The notes under the pieces: generated by a model | Seen by the model: the letters and a program-made list of their open reading frames with translations, nothing else | Database searches by the model: none | Told to the model about the DNA's origin: nothing | Translations under genes and position numbers: made by a program | Source of the DNA: Thecamonas trahens ATCC 50062 | Lineage: Eukaryota > Protista > Apusomonadida | Direction: 5' to 3' | NCBI RefSeq assembly: GCF_000142905.1 | Contig: NW_013657647.1 | Location: 316,598-380,597 of the forward strand | Length of the DNA stretch: 64,000 bases | Shown here: positions 12,242 through 24,700 of the stretch, piece after piece | How the letters are laid out: each line of letters opens with the position of its first letter | Position numbering within the stretch: the stretch's first letter is position 1

Positions 12242-13320
12242 ATGAGCAGGGTACTTCCTGAAGACAGCCATGGCCTTGTGCTGTACACGTATGGAGGAGC
12301 ATGGGGACTGCCTACCTTCTCCCCGCACTGCATGCATGTCCTTGCTTACGTCCGCTTTGCCGGTCTGGAGGAGAACGAGCTCAAGGTGATGACCTGTGGC
12401 AATCCGGCTCTGTCCCCCTCGGGCAACTTGCCTTTTCTGAGAGATGGTGAAGTGCTGGTGGCTGGTGCAGACAACATCATTGCTTATCTTAAGCGTCGTG
12501 GTCACAATCTCGACTTTAAGCTCGCTCCGGAAGAGATGGCTGATGTCCTCGCCTACTCTGCCATGGTCAAGAACGAGCTCTTTACAGCAATGATGCACTC
12601 GTGGTGGAACGAGGAGGAGAACTACCAGGTCGTCAAGTCCTTGTATGCCTCTTCCCTTCCTTTCCCGCTCTCTTGGATCTTGCCCAAGCAGATGCAGGAT
12701 GCTGTTCAGGCTGGTCTTGGCGCCATCGTCCATGCTGAGGATCTCTCCACTGCTCGTCTCTCTGAAGTGCCAGACGTTGATGCCGATGCCCTCTACGCTC
12801 GTGCAAACGCCATCTACATTGCCCTCGCTGCCCGCCTCGGTGACTCGGAGTACTTTTTCGGGCCCACACCGTGCTCGCTCGACACCATCATCTTCTCGCA
12901 TCTGCTGCTCCAGTACCTGGCTCCGCTGCCAAACGCCCGCCTCTCGAGCATGATCCGCACACACCCGAATCTCGTCTCCTACCTCACCCGCCTCGCCTCC
13001 GAGTACCTCGGCATGGACATGATGGCATCTCCTGCCTTTGCCATGCCTTCTCCCGTCCGCGTCCGCATGGCGTCCTCGCCCTCGCCGCAGAAGCGCCGCC
13101 GTGCTGCCGACCCGCCCAAGCCCGAGCGCGCCGGTGCAGCGGCCGGCGACAACGACGACGACGAGGAGGAAGACTCGGCTGCTGCCTTTTCTCCTCGCCC
13201 GAGTTTAAGCGCCGCTCCCGCCTCTACATCGGCCTCGGCCTCACCGCCGTCGTCGGCTACGTCACCTTTTACCTCGGCGGCGGTGTCCTCACCTCGTTCC
13301 GTGGCCCGCGGCGTCGCTAA
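12242..13320 (+). CDS. MTX1: Metaxin-1/Sam37-like mitochondrial outer-membrane protein, ~359 aa with one -1 frameshift near 13187-13190
   Basis: WGLPTFSPHC, SPSGNLPFL, YFFGPTPCSLD; the TM tail anchor KRRSRLYIGLGLTAVVGYV lies in the -1 frame. Confidence 0.85.
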
Positions 13321-13509
13321 ACCCATCATCAATCACCATCTCCCTCCCTGCAACCGTCCTTCTCACCTACCACCCGTCATTCCTCCCTCCTCCCCCTTCC
13401 CCCGGATCTCCCGTTGCACGCCTCATTCCTCCCTCGCCGCCAGCCGCCCACCGCCCACCGCCCGCCAGTGCAGCGAGACATACTTGACCCCCCCCCCCCC
13501 CCGAGCAGC

Positions 13510-14892
13510 ATGTCGAGCGAGAACAACAACGCAGCGAGTGCCGCAGCAGCCGACGAGATCGAGAGGAAGAATGCCAAGCCTGGGACAGAGGCTCAAGTTG
13601 CTTTGGCGTTGTTTGCCGCTGTGACGGGCATGAATCTCTCTGCCGTCGACCAGTCCGAGAACATCTCGTTGGCAGTGACCGAGTTGGATTCGTATGACGA
13701 TCGCAACTTTAAGATCACCATCACCACCAAGTCCGAGACAACATCCACTACGACAGCGACGACGACGGCATCCGAGTCGGGATCAGGTTCCATGTTGCCA
13801 GGGCTGGGTTCTCTCGTCTCTGAGGGTTGCTACGTGCTCAAGGTCCACAATGGCGTCGAGTCGTCGCCCAAGGGCCTTCCGCTGCTTCATGCTCAGAACG
13901 CAGTGCTGGATCATCTGGCAAGCTCTGGGTTTGCTGTCCCGGTTCCGATCCGCCTCGCCGAGGTGGACACGGCGAGCAGGGCTGGATGGCCGGTCGGCGA
14001 CGCCGATGCCGCTGCTCGCCGGGCGGCGTTTGACGTCGGCGCTGCGCGGGCGGCGTACGACGACGGCGCCGAGGACGGCGGCAAGCTTCGGCTGGTGCCG
14101 CTGGAGAGCAAGGATGGGCGCGTGCGGCTGCACGCCGTCCGGGTTCTCACCTGGGTTGATGGCGTCCTGCTCGCGGACAAGGTTGATGCTGGATCGCCGG
14201 GCTTTCTGGCGCTGCTCAACAAGGTGGGTGCGACGCTTGGCCGGATGGATGTTGCGCTGGCATCGTTCTCGCATTCGGGCGCAGTGCGGACGCATCTGTG
14301 GGACCTGGCTTCGCTGCCGCAGCTTGAGGTCTTTGTCGACCACATCAGCGACGCGGACAATGCTGCCCTGGCCCGGCGAGTCTACGCTGACTTTGCGGCG
14401 CAAGTGCTCCCGGTCGCCGACTCGCTCTCGAGCCTCACACTCCACAACGACGCCAACGATCAGAATGTGCTGGTCAACACCGAGGGGACCGAGGTTGTGG
14501 GCGTCATCGACTTTGGCGACATGGTCTACTCGAAGCGGGTCTACGAGCTCGCCATTCTCATGGCCTACACCATGCTCCCATCGCGGGCGCTCCTCGATGA
14601 TGCGAGCCACACCGATGAGGCAGAGTCGGCGCGGCTAGTTGCTGCTGCGCACGCCGTGTACACCGGGTACGCCGACGCTGTCGCGGACTCGGCGCCCATC
14701 ACCGATCTCGAGCGCTCGCTCCTCTTTACCCTTGTCCGCTCGCGACTGGCCCAGTCGGTCACCATGTCTGCCTACTCCTTTTCCAAGGATCCCACCAACG
14801 AGTACCTGCTCGTCACCGCGCGTCCCGGCTGGAACACTCTCCGCCTCCTCGAGGCTCTTGGTGCCGAGCCGTTTACCGCCGCCCTCCAGTGA
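13510..14892 (+). CDS. HYKK: Hydroxylysine kinase / aminoglycoside phosphotransferase-domain protein
   Basis: ELDSYDDRNF, YVLKV, WDL, HNDANDQNVLV, GVIDFGD. Confidence 0.85.
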   Translation: MSSENNNAASAAAADEIERKNAKPGTEAQVALALFAAVTGMNLSAVDQSENISLAVTELDSYDDRNFKITITTKSETTSTTTATTTASESGSGSMLPGLGSLVSEGCYVLKVHNGVESSPKGLPLLHAQNAVLDHLASSGFAVPVPIRLAEVDTASRAGWPVGDADAAARRAAFDVGAARAAYDDGAEDGGKLRLVPLESKDGRVRLHAVRVLTWVDGVLLADKVDAGSPGFLALLNKVGATLGRMDVALASFSHSGAVRTHLWDLASLPQLEVFVDHISDADNAALARRVYADFAAQVLPVADSLSSLTLHNDANDQNVLVNTEGTEVVGVIDFGDMVYSKRVYELAILMAYTMLPSRALLDDASHTDEAESARLVAAAHAVYTGYADAVADSAPITDLERSLLFTLVRSRLAQSVTMSAYSFSKDPTNEYLLVTARPGWNTLRLLEALGAEPFTAALQ

Positions 14893-15265
14893 TGTGCCGC
14901 CGCCCTTTCAATGATCACGCCGACCATGATCTCGCCGACCATGATTGATCACCACGTCAACCACCACCACCATCACGCCAACCACTACCACCATTGGCAA
15001 TATCATCAAAACCCATCTCCCTTCCCCTGGTACCCCTCGTAGCCCTCGCCCATGGCTCACGCTTCAAAAATTCGGAACAATCCAGCTCTTGACGATGGCG
15101 ATCATGATCACGATCACGATCATGATCACCCCCCACTCCCGCCACCACCTCACTCACCCCCCCCCCCACCCCACCCCCGACCCCATCCCACGTACACCCT
15201 ACTCAACCACACAAGTGTGTCTGGGTCCCCTTCCTCGCTCGATTTTGTCAGAAGAGCTCTGAAGG

Positions 15266-17632
15266 ATGAGCCAGAGACGGCCGTTCATGACGGCCAACAT
15301 CCCGCAACGAACGCCGCTGGAAGAGACGCTTGTGGTCCATCCGACGGCTGAAGAGTTTGCTGATCCGCTGGCGTACATTGCATCGATTGCTCATGTGGGA
15401 AGAGAGTATGGCATTGTTCGCGTCGTTCCGCCGGATTCCTTCAAGCCGCCCTTTTGTTTCCCTCCGGATGCCGTCTTTCCTACTCGCTCGCAACAACTGG
15501 GTCAACTCCAGCGTCGCTCGGGTCCCTCGACCGTCTTTCTGGACAAGATTCGTGTCTTTCATGCCGCCCGTGGTCGCTCGCTGCCTACCACTACAGAGCA
15601 TGGCAAAACTCGTCTGACACTGCCCATTGTTGATGGTTCGGAACTGGATCTGTTCTCCCTCTTTCGCACCGTCGTCGCCGCTGGCGGGCCAGCTGCTCTC
15701 GATGCTGATCCGGCCGGCTGGCGCAAGCTCGCGGATACCATGGCGCTGCACTCGACGTCGGCGGCGGTAGAAATTCGCCACTGGTACGGGATCTACCTCG
15801 CTGAGTATGTCAGGGCCTACTGCACTGTGATTGCCGCTGACAAGGCGGCGGCCCAGGAGCGGCGACGCAACAAGCGCGACCGGTCCGGCTCGGCATCCGG
15901 CTCGGCCTCTCCGCCTGGAGTCGAACCGGGCGCCAAGCGAGCCAAGGGCCTTGGCGGCGAGGTGCTGGTCAACGCACCCGCAACGGCGGCGCTGGCATCG
16001 GCCGACGGCGACGCCGGGAACGCGTGGATCAAGCTGCCGCGCGACGCCAGCGGCGCTGTGGCGCTCGACGAGCGCGCCTTTGAGCTCGAGTCTGCCAACT
16101 GCTCGGTGGCCGAGACCAAGGCTGCTGCCAAGTTTGCGTTCCGGACCGGCGGTGACTACACGCTTACCTCATTCCGGGCCATGGACGTGGAGCGGCGCGA
16201 GCGGCTGTTTGGCCGCTCGCGGTCGCTCTCGATTCCCGAGCTGGAGAGCATGTTCTGGAAGGTCATCGAGGACGGGACGATGATGATCGACGCCGAGTAC
16301 GGCGCCGACCTCGACGTGCGCCAGTACGGCTCCGGGTTTCCCAAGCACGGGCCGTACGGCTCGTCGGGCTGGAACCTCAACGTCATGCCGACGCTCCCGG
16401 GCTCGCTCCTCTCGCTGCTGGAGGACGACATTGTGGGCGTCACTATTCCGTGGTTCTACGTCGGCTCGACGCTCTCCACCTTTTGCTGGCATACCGAAGA
16501 CAACTACCTGTACTCGATCAACTACCTTCACCTCGGCATGCCCAAGATCTGGTACGGCATCCCATCGTCGGGCGCAAGCGCGTTTGAAAACGCCATCCGC
16601 ACCCGCCTCTCACACGAGTTTGAGGCCGCGCCCGAGCTCATCCACCACCTCACCACCCAGATGTCGCCGTTTGAGCTCCGCGACGCCGGCGTCCCGGTCT
16701 ACCGCACCACCCACCATCCGGGCCAGTTTGTCATCACCTTTCCGCAGGCCTACCACGCCGGCTTCAACGCTGGCTTCAACGCCGCCGAAGCCGTCAACTT
16801 TGCCCTCCCTGACTGGCTCCCGTTTGGCTACTCGGCCATTCTCAAGTACGCGCCCATCAAACGCGAGCCGATCTTTGCCTTTGAGCATGTCGCCCTCAAG
16901 GTCGCCGTTCGCCATGGCCGCGCCCTCTCGCTCAAGCAGCGGGCCATGCTCGCCGAAATCCTCGACGACGCTGTCTCTCGCGAGGAGCGGCTGCGAGAGG
17001 CCGTTGTCGCCGAGCTCGATACTGACTTTGTTCTCGACTACGGCCCGACCAACGTCCTTTTCACCTCGCCGGCCCTCGCCTCGCGCTCCAAGCCGGCCCA
17101 GGATCCCGACGACGAGGAGTTTTGCTCTATCTGCAAGCGCTTTGTCCCGTTCTCGCTCGTTTACTGCGGCACAAACTCGCGGGTCATCTGCCCCGAGCAC
17201 CACTCGTTCTCCAGCCACCCGTTCAAGCAGCCGGTCGCCCGCTATGCCATTGCTGACCTCAAGCGCGTCGTCGCCTCGCTCCGCGACACGCCTGCTGATG
17301 CTGCTCATCGCGCCGCCGTGGCTGCCGAGGCCGAGGTTGACGCTAATGCTGTTGCTGTGGCTGCAACCAGTGACGGGCTCAAGCCCATGGCTGGCGTCAA
17401 GCCCGAGCCAGAGGCCAAGACTGCTTTGCCGGAGCACACTGCTACAGGCAGTCTGGCGCCGATGGACCTCGCTCTGGCGTCGGCTCGCTCTCCTCCTTCG
17501 CCGCCCCTCCAGTCCCAGCCGGCACCTGCGCCGACGTCTCCACCTGCACCTGCGCAAGCGCCAGCGGTCATGCAGGCGCCCAAGGCCTCTGGGCATCCCA
17601 CGCTTGTACCAAGCATCATCGACATCAAATAA
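15266..17632 (+). CDS. JmjN-ARID-JmjC histone demethylase (KDM5/JARID1-like) with degenerate C5HC2 finger
   Basis: PTAEEFADPLAYI (JmjN), ELDLFSLF (ARID), EYGADL, FCWHTEDN and AYHAGFN Fe ligands. Confidence 0.92.
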   Translation: MSQRRPFMTANIPQRTPLEETLVVHPTAEEFADPLAYIASIAHVGREYGIVRVVPPDSFKPPFCFPPDAVFPTRSQQLGQLQRRSGPSTVFLDKIRVFHAARGRSLPTTTEHGKTRLTLPIVDGSELDLFSLFRTVVAAGGPAALDADPAGWRKLADTMALHSTSAAVEIRHWYGIYLAEYVRAYCTVIAADKAAAQERRRNKRDRSGSASGSASPPGVEPGAKRAKGLGGEVLVNAPATAALASADGDAGNAWIKLPRDASGAVALDERAFELESANCSVAETKAAAKFAFRTGGDYTLTSFRAMDVERRERLFGRSRSLSIPELESMFWKVIEDGTMMIDAEYGADLDVRQYGSGFPKHGPYGSSGWNLNVMPTLPGSLLSLLEDDIVGVTIPWFYVGSTLSTFCWHTEDNYLYSINYLHLGMPKIWYGIPSSGASAFENAIRTRLSHEFEAAPELIHHLTTQMSPFELRDAGVPVYRTTHHPGQFVITFPQAYHAGFNAGFNAAEAVNFALPDWLPFGYSAILKYAPIKREPIFAFEHVALKVAVRHGRALSLKQRAMLAEILDDAVSREERLREAVVAELDTDFVLDYGPTNVLFTSPALASRSKPAQDPDDEEFCSICKRFVPFSLVYCGTNSRVICPEHHSFSSHPFKQPVARYAIADLKRVVASLRDTPADAAHRAAVAAEAEVDANAVAVAATSDGLKPMAGVKPEPEAKTALPEHTATGSLAPMDLALASARSPPSPPLQSQPAPAPTSPPAPAQAPAVMQAPKASGHPTLVPSIIDIK

Positions 17633-18344
17633 GCACCCCCCCCCACCCTCCTTCCGCCCCCCCCTTGCTGCCCGCTCGCTTTCAGCCCGCTTTTAGCCTG
17701 TTTCTTCTCCCGAAACTCTGTCGTGCGCGTGCCGAGACCGAGACGGGCACGAGTGCCACGGGAACAACGTTTTGCTTCGCCAAAGACGACCTCTGTCTTG
17801 GCCCCCTCCTCCCCCCCCTCTCCACACCCACCACTCCTTAGACATCTTCACTTCTCTCTCTCGCTTTCTCCACCGTATGTATCTCTTTCATTACCCCTCT
17901 TCCTTCTACCCTTTCCCTCTGCACCCCCTACCACCACCGTCCTTGCTACCGTGTCCCTTCCTTGCCTCCTGCCCTGCTGCCTGATCCTGATCAAGGCCAC
18001 TGGCTAAAAAAGTGCCTGTTGTGCTGTCGATGGAGCGGAGCGAGTGAAGCAGTTACGTATGGGGCAGAGGTTGGTTGGTTGGTTGGTTGGGGGGGGATGC
18101 GGGTGGTGAACGCATGGGTTGTAGCGAGGGAGGTGGTGGGGAGGGGGGGGAGAAGAAGGTAGACCACGTCAGGGGATGTTGGGTGCTCCCTTGTGATCAA
18201 GGCCGTGATCAAGGTCATGATCAAAGCCTTGATCACCCACCCTGTTCTTGTTCTCCCCTCTCTGCCTTCTCCCTCCCTCTCCTTTCCCTCCTCCCCTCCC
18301 TCCCCCCTCCCTCCCCCTCCCCCCCTCCTCCTCCCACTTCTACT

Positions 18345-18444
18345 NNNNNNNNNNNNNNNNNNNNNNNNNNNNNNNNNNNNNNNNNNNNNNNNNNNNNNNN
18401 NNNNNNNNNNNNNNNNNNNNNNNNNNNNNNNNNNNNNNNNNNNN
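18345..18444. other. Assembly gap (100 N)
   Basis: Run of N flanked by poly-C low-complexity DNA. Confidence 1.
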
Positions 18445-18763
18445 ACCTGATCCCTCCCGTCTCCTTCCTTCTCCCACCTCCTACATCCCCCCCCCCCCCC
18501 CCACCCCCCCACCCCCTCCTCCTCCTCCTCCTCCTCCCAAAAGGCCGCAAACGACAGATTCTCCCGAATTGTGGCCAGTGAACAATTTTCGGTCACTCCC
18601 TTTTTCTTTCTCTACGATTATCTGTTGTATCGTTTATGCATGGCCCGTCAATCGGCTCTTCACCAAGCCGCTCCGCACCTCTCACCTCCCCCTTCCCCTT
18701 GTCTCGTCTCGCCTCTGTTCTTCCTCGTGGACTAATACTACACTTTGCCAAACCCACGAACAG

Positions 18764-21700
18764 ATGGAGCAGGTTATTGAGTCGCTGGCCGAGTCCATCT
18801 CGCAGCTTACGTCGTATGTGCTCTCGCTTGCCGAGGCTAATGCGGAGCCGCCGCCGAACCTGCCGGAGAACGGGTCGAACGTGACCAAGGTGGCGAACAT
18901 TCTGGTGCAGGTCGCGCACCAGACGGCAACGGCGTTTAAGGACTACCCGGACGTGCAGGCTGAGATCGACTCGGAGGCTGACAAGGTCGGGCAGTTTGTG
19001 ACGAACCTCGGTGACGCGCTCAACAACATTGTGGTTGCCGCCGATCGTGCTGGGGCGTACAAGACGCTACTGGGCGCGTGCAAGGCTATTGCCACGGGCA
19101 CGTGCTACCTGCTCATTCTGGTGTACGGTGCGCGGACCAAGGCGATTCTCATCAAGGCGCAGCAGGCCAAGTCGTCGCTCGCCGACTACCGCACGCACGT
19201 AGTCAAGGACGCGCCATCCAACGAGCTGGTCACCGGCGTGCAGGACATCACCAACGAGATGGGCTATCTCGCAGCACTGGTTGCTGCTGCTGCAAAGGAG
19301 GCGACTGACGAGGACCAGAAGGCTATGCTGGCGGGTCACACCCAGAAGATTGCCGGCTCGCGGCAGAACTCGATCAACGTGGCCAACGGGTGGCTGCAGG
19401 CGCCGGCTGACGAGGCCGCGCATGCTGCGCTTAAGCAGGACTGCGACGACCTCGAGGCTCTCATCGACGCGCTCATTGCGGACCTGACACCCGATTCGGA
19501 GACGGATGCCAACGCGCAGCTGCTGGCGGTTTTCCAGGGCGCGCAGGCGAACCAGAACGAGCGCGACCGGGCCGCCAAGGCCAACGAGGCTGCCGCCCGC
19601 GACCTCAACGCGACCGGCAACCAGGGCCTTGCTGCGGGCAACCGCGTGTCGGAGAACGAGAAGCCACTGATGACTGCTGCCGGCGAGCTCGGCAAGTCGG
19701 CTGCCAAGCTCGTCAACGAGCTCAAGTCGAACCCGGACGCGTTTGGGCCCAACGCCGAGGACTTTAAGGCCAAGCGCGATCAGTTCCGTGACGCCGGTGC
19801 GACGGCCATTGCCGGCGAGGACGACGACGCAAACCGAGCGGCCATCGAGTCTGGTGTCGGTGCCGTCGAGGCTGCAGGCGCGCGCCTCGAGGCCGCCACT
19901 GCGGCGTCGAATGCCGACCCGACGTCCGAGGCCGCCAACACCGAGGTCACCGAGGCCTCCAAGGAGCTTCAGGACGCACTCGACGCGCTCATCCGCGACG
20001 CCATCAAGCGTGAGGAAGATGCGGAGCGCCAGCGTCGCGAGGCCGCGGCTGCGGCCGAGGCTGCGGCTGCTGCCGCCCGCGCCGAGCAAGAGGCTGACGC
20101 CCATGCGGCGATCGGTCCGGCTGCAGCTGCTGCCCGCGACGCCGCCAACATGCAGGGCGCCAACTCTGCGGCGGCCGACCTTCTCAACGCAGCGGCCAAG
20201 CTCCTTGCCGACGCCGACCAGTCGGTTGCGGACGCGCACCACAACCCGGCGGCCGTCCCGCAGGATGTTGCCACCATGGAGGCCGACACGGCCGACTTTA
20301 ACGACAAGGGCGCGCTGGCTGCTGCCGGCGCGACCAAGGTCAACCCTGCCGACGGTGACGCGCTGTCGGCTGCGGTGGCTGCGGTGGCTGCGGCGGCCGA
20401 CGCGCACAACGCGGCGGCTTCGGCGGCGGCGGCCGACCCCAAGTCGACCGACGCGTCGAACGAGCTGACCAACGCGACTCAGTCGCTTACCGATGCTGTC
20501 GACTCGCTCGGCGCGGAGATGGAGAAGCAGCGCGCGGCTGCGGCTAAGCGTGGGCTTGACGCAGCGGCGTCAGCGGCCGAGGCCGAGGCCAGCTCGGAGC
20601 CCGAGGGCTCGGCGCTCAAGGACTTCCTCGACGCCGGCGCGGCGCTGGGCAACACGGCGCCGTCGGCGATCGACGCTGCGCAGGCTGGCGACGCCAGCGC
20701 GGCAGCCGACGCTGCTGCAGGCGTGCAGAACGGTGTCCAGGCCATTGTCGCCGCGGCCAAGGCTGCGGCGGCTGATGCCGACTCGCCCGAAGAGCGACGC
20801 CAGGTGGTGGCGGCGTCGGCGACGGTCTCGAACGCCGGCTCCAAGCTTGCGGACGCGACCAAGGCTGCCGGCAACACGGCACCGGGCACGGCTGAGCATA
20901 CCAAGGCGCTCGCGGCGGTCAACGAGGCGGCCGAGGAGCTTGCGGCGGGCATCAACGAGCTCGCGGCGGCCGGCGCCGACAAGCACTACCGCGAGGCGCG
21001 CGATGCGCTTGAGCACGCGGCCAAGCGTGCTCAGGCTGCGGCGGACGACGCGACGCAGCACCACGAGCGTTCGCTGCTCAACGGGGCGGCGACGATTGCG
21101 TCGGACTCGGGTTCAATCCTGGACGCGTCGCACGGTGAGTCGTCGCCCGAGGCGGCGGCGCAGCTTGACGCGGACACCAAGGCGCTCAACAAGGAGGTTG
21201 TGGCGTTTGTCAACGCCGGCAAGGCTGCGGCGTCCGAGGTGACTGACCCGGACGAGGCTGCCAAGCTCAAGCACAACGTCAAGAGCGTGGCCAAGGACGC
21301 GGCGCTGGTGCTCAAGGCCCAGGGTGCGGCGGTGGCGGCGGCGGCGACTGCGGCCAACGCGCCGGGTACCGAGGGCGACGCCGCGGCGCTTGCGGCCAAG
21401 AACGAGGTCAACCAGAAGATGAAGGACCTCGCGCAGGCGATCGAGGACATGGCCGCCGACGCCGAGGCCAAGCGCCAGGCCGAGGCCATTCGCCGCGCCA
21501 CCAAGGCGCGGACCCAGGGCCACGGCGAGGAGCTGCTCGGCCTCCGTGAGGCTATCCAGGCTGCCGGCGCGGCGGGCGACTCGGCTAACGCTGCCGACTC
21601 GTCGTCCAAGATGCGCGAGGCCATCGAGGAGCTTGCGGACATCTCGCCCGACTACCAGCGCAAGGCTGCACTCCGCGACGCGGCGGCCAAGCTTGGCGAG

Positions 21701-24700
21701 GCTGGCGCATCGGGCGACGCGGCGGCGATGGCAACCGCGGCCAACACGGCGCTTGCCACGGCGGCGACCGACGCGGCGGCGGCGGATCTCGGCGACGAGG
21801 CGGCCAAGGCTGGCAACGCGGCTGACGCTGCGGGCGCTAGCACGCCAATCGGCAAGCTGCTGGATGCGGCCAAGAACGTGGCCAAGTCGGGCGCAAACCT
21901 TGCGTCAGACGCCAAGTCGCACCCGGAGAACGTGCCTGCTGACGTGGCGGCGCTGGAGAACGCCAACGGCGTGCTCGACGCGGCGGCCGAGGTCGCACGC
22001 GACGCACTCGCCGCCGGCGAAGTCGACGCGGCGGTTGTGGCCGAGGACCTTGCGGCCGTCCACGCGGCGTCGGACGCGCTTGCGGCTGCGGCCACGGCGC
22101 TGGCCAACGGCGCCACGGACGACCCGGCGCTCAACGAGGACGTGCTCCGCAAGGGCATTGCGCTTCAGGAGGCGGTGGACAAGCTCGTTGACGACGTGCG
22201 GCCGAAGAAGTCTGCGCTCGAGGAGCTCAACGACAACGCTGACAACCTGCTCGCGGCGCTCGACAAGCTCGAGGGCTGCGTCGACCGCAAGGACGGTGCC
22301 GGCGCCGACCCGGCGACGAGCGCGGTGGTGGAGGCTGCCAAGGCGCTGGGCGTGAACCTCGACGATCTCGGGCTGACGGATGCGGCGGCGGCAGTGAACG
22401 ACGGCTCTGCAGCGGTTCTCGCGTCGTCGCTCCCGTGGCAGGCCGACGTCAACGATGCGGCCAAGACCGATGCGGTCAAGGCGGCGATCGACCAGCTGCG
22501 CAAGGCGGCGAACGACGGGCGCCGCGCCGGGATGGGCGAGGCTGCCGGGCGCGACCTTGACAGCACTGGCGCACACGCCGACGAGCTCGCGGCCGATGCT
22601 GCGGGCGCGCTGCCCGCCGAGGAGTCGCGGCTGCTCGACGCCATCAAGGCGACGGCGGCGTCGGCCAAGACCTTGGTCAACGACGTGTCGGCGAACCCGG
22701 GGAGTGTCGACGCCGACGCGGCCGACCTCGACTCGAAGGTCGACACGCTCGGCGGCGCAGTCGACGATGTGCTGGCCATCCTGGACAACCAGGGCGACAA
22801 GTCGCGGCTGCAGCAGTCGATGCCGGTGGTTCGCTCGGCGGCGGCTGGGCTCAACGAGGCGGCCAAGGCGTCTGCGGCAAACCCAGACGACGCCGAGGCG
22901 GCGAAGCAGACGGCGGCCATGGCCAAGGCGCTCAACGACGCGCTGGAGAACATGATCCGCGACGCGCGCGACCGCGCGCTGCACGCTGCCGACGCCGCCA
23001 ACGCGCAGGCGCAGGACACGCTTGGTGCGCTCGGCCCGGCGGCGGACACGCTCAAGGACGGCGCGACGCCGGAGCAGATTGCGCTCCTCGACGCGACGGC
23101 TGCAGCGGCCGACCAGGCTGCAGGCCTGGTCGCCGACCACGCTGCGGGCGGTGCTGGCCTCGACGGAGCGGTCGCTGAGCTGGAGGCTGCCGCGGGCCCT
23201 GCGGCGGGTGCGGCTGATTCGGCTGCGGCGACCGAGGTTCCGCGGGTGGTCGGCGGCGCCAAGGATGCGGCGACGAGCCTGGCGACGACGGCGGCGGCGG
23301 CCGAGGCGGCGCCAACGTCGGTGGCTGCAGCTGCAGCTGCGGCGGGCGCGGCGGGCGAGACTGCCGATGCGCTCCGCGACGTTCTGGGCGAGGTTGTGCG
23401 CCAGCAGCGTGCTGCGGCCGAGGCCGCGCTCCGCGACGAGGCTGCGGCATCGGGCGCTGCGGCGAGCTCGGTTTCGGAAGCGGACGCACCGCTGATGGAG
23501 GCCAACTCGGAGGTGGCGACCAAGGCTGCGGACCTGCTTGCGGAGATCACGTCGAACCCGAGTGGTGTGGAGGAGGCAGCCAAGGCTGTGTCCAAGGCGC
23601 TTGCGGCGTCAAACGCGGCCAACAACGAGCCGAACGACGCGGTCGACGACGCCGCGTCCGAGCTGTTGACGGCGGCCAAGAAGGTGGCTATGTCGCCGAA
23701 CAACGTCGAAGCCGCAGCTGGAGTGGTCAAGTCGGGCAAGGCGCTGGCGGAGGCGCTGGCAGCGAGCCGCGAGTCCAAGCTTGCGGCCGCGGCTGCGGCG
23801 TCGGCTGCTGCGCTGGAGGACATCAAGAAGCGGCTGGACGACGCGGCGGCAGCGATCGGGACCGAGCCTGCGGGCGCGGTGGCCGCGGCTGGTGGCGCGG
23901 CGCTGGGCGGAGCCGGCGGCGACGGCGCGGTGGCCGCAGCTGCGGCTGCGCTTGGCGCGGACCTCCGGGCTTCTGGCGATAACCCGGCACTGGTCAACCT
24001 GCTTGGTGAGCTCGACTCTGCCGCGGGCGCGCTTGACAGTGCGAGCAACAACGCCGAGCGCGAGGAGGCCGGGTCGCGGCTTGCGGCTGCGATGGAGGGC
24101 CTCGCCGGGTGGAACACGCAGCGCGAGTCGGACGCGGCGCGTGACGCCCTCAACGCGGCGCTCTTTGACCTCGCTGGGTTTGACATCGACGGGCTTGGCG
24201 ACCTGCTGGGCCTGGCCGGCGACCTCGGGCGTGCGCTCGGCGACCTGGTGGGCAACCTGCCCGGGATGAACCTCGCGGATGCGCAGGCCGGCGCTGATGG
24301 CATCGACGGCCTGGCCGGCGACCTCAAGGCCGAGTCGCGGGTGGTGCAGCTGGAGAAGATCAAGGACAAGGACCTCAAGAACATTGTGGCCGACGCGGTG
24401 CGGGCGATGGTCAAGGCGGCGTCAGCTGAGTCGTCGGCGGCGCGCGAGCAGGACGTACCGCAGTCTGCGGCGGCCGGGCATAAGATGGCCAAGGCCATGG
24501 CCAAGTTTGCCGAGGATCTCAAGGCGTGGCGCGAGGCCAACGCTGGCGGCGGCGAGGCCGACGCAGCTGGCGCCATCCAGGACATGGCAGCGAACCTCAA
24601 GTCGCACGCGCAGGAGTTTACCGGCGAGCAGGCGTCGGACCCGGCGGTGCTCGCAGGGCTCGAGCTGGCCGATCTCATGGCAAAGCTCGCCAAGGCTGCC

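Noticed and set aside
11481-12302. ORFs reading (TDHQTE)n, (CLVISL)n and (SGDQSL)n; array as possible CRISPR
   Set aside because: By-products of a stop-free 18-bp satellite; no unique spacers, no cas genes, eukaryotic context
13321-13624. Ser/Pro-rich C-terminal extension of the metaxin ORF
   Set aside because: Out-of-frame read-through into intergenic DNA overlapping HYKK; the real tail anchor is in the -1 frame
18248-18763. N-terminal extension of the 2262-aa ORF and other ORFs crossing the gap
   Set aside because: Runs through Ns and pyrimidine-rich intron-like DNA ending in actaat...cag
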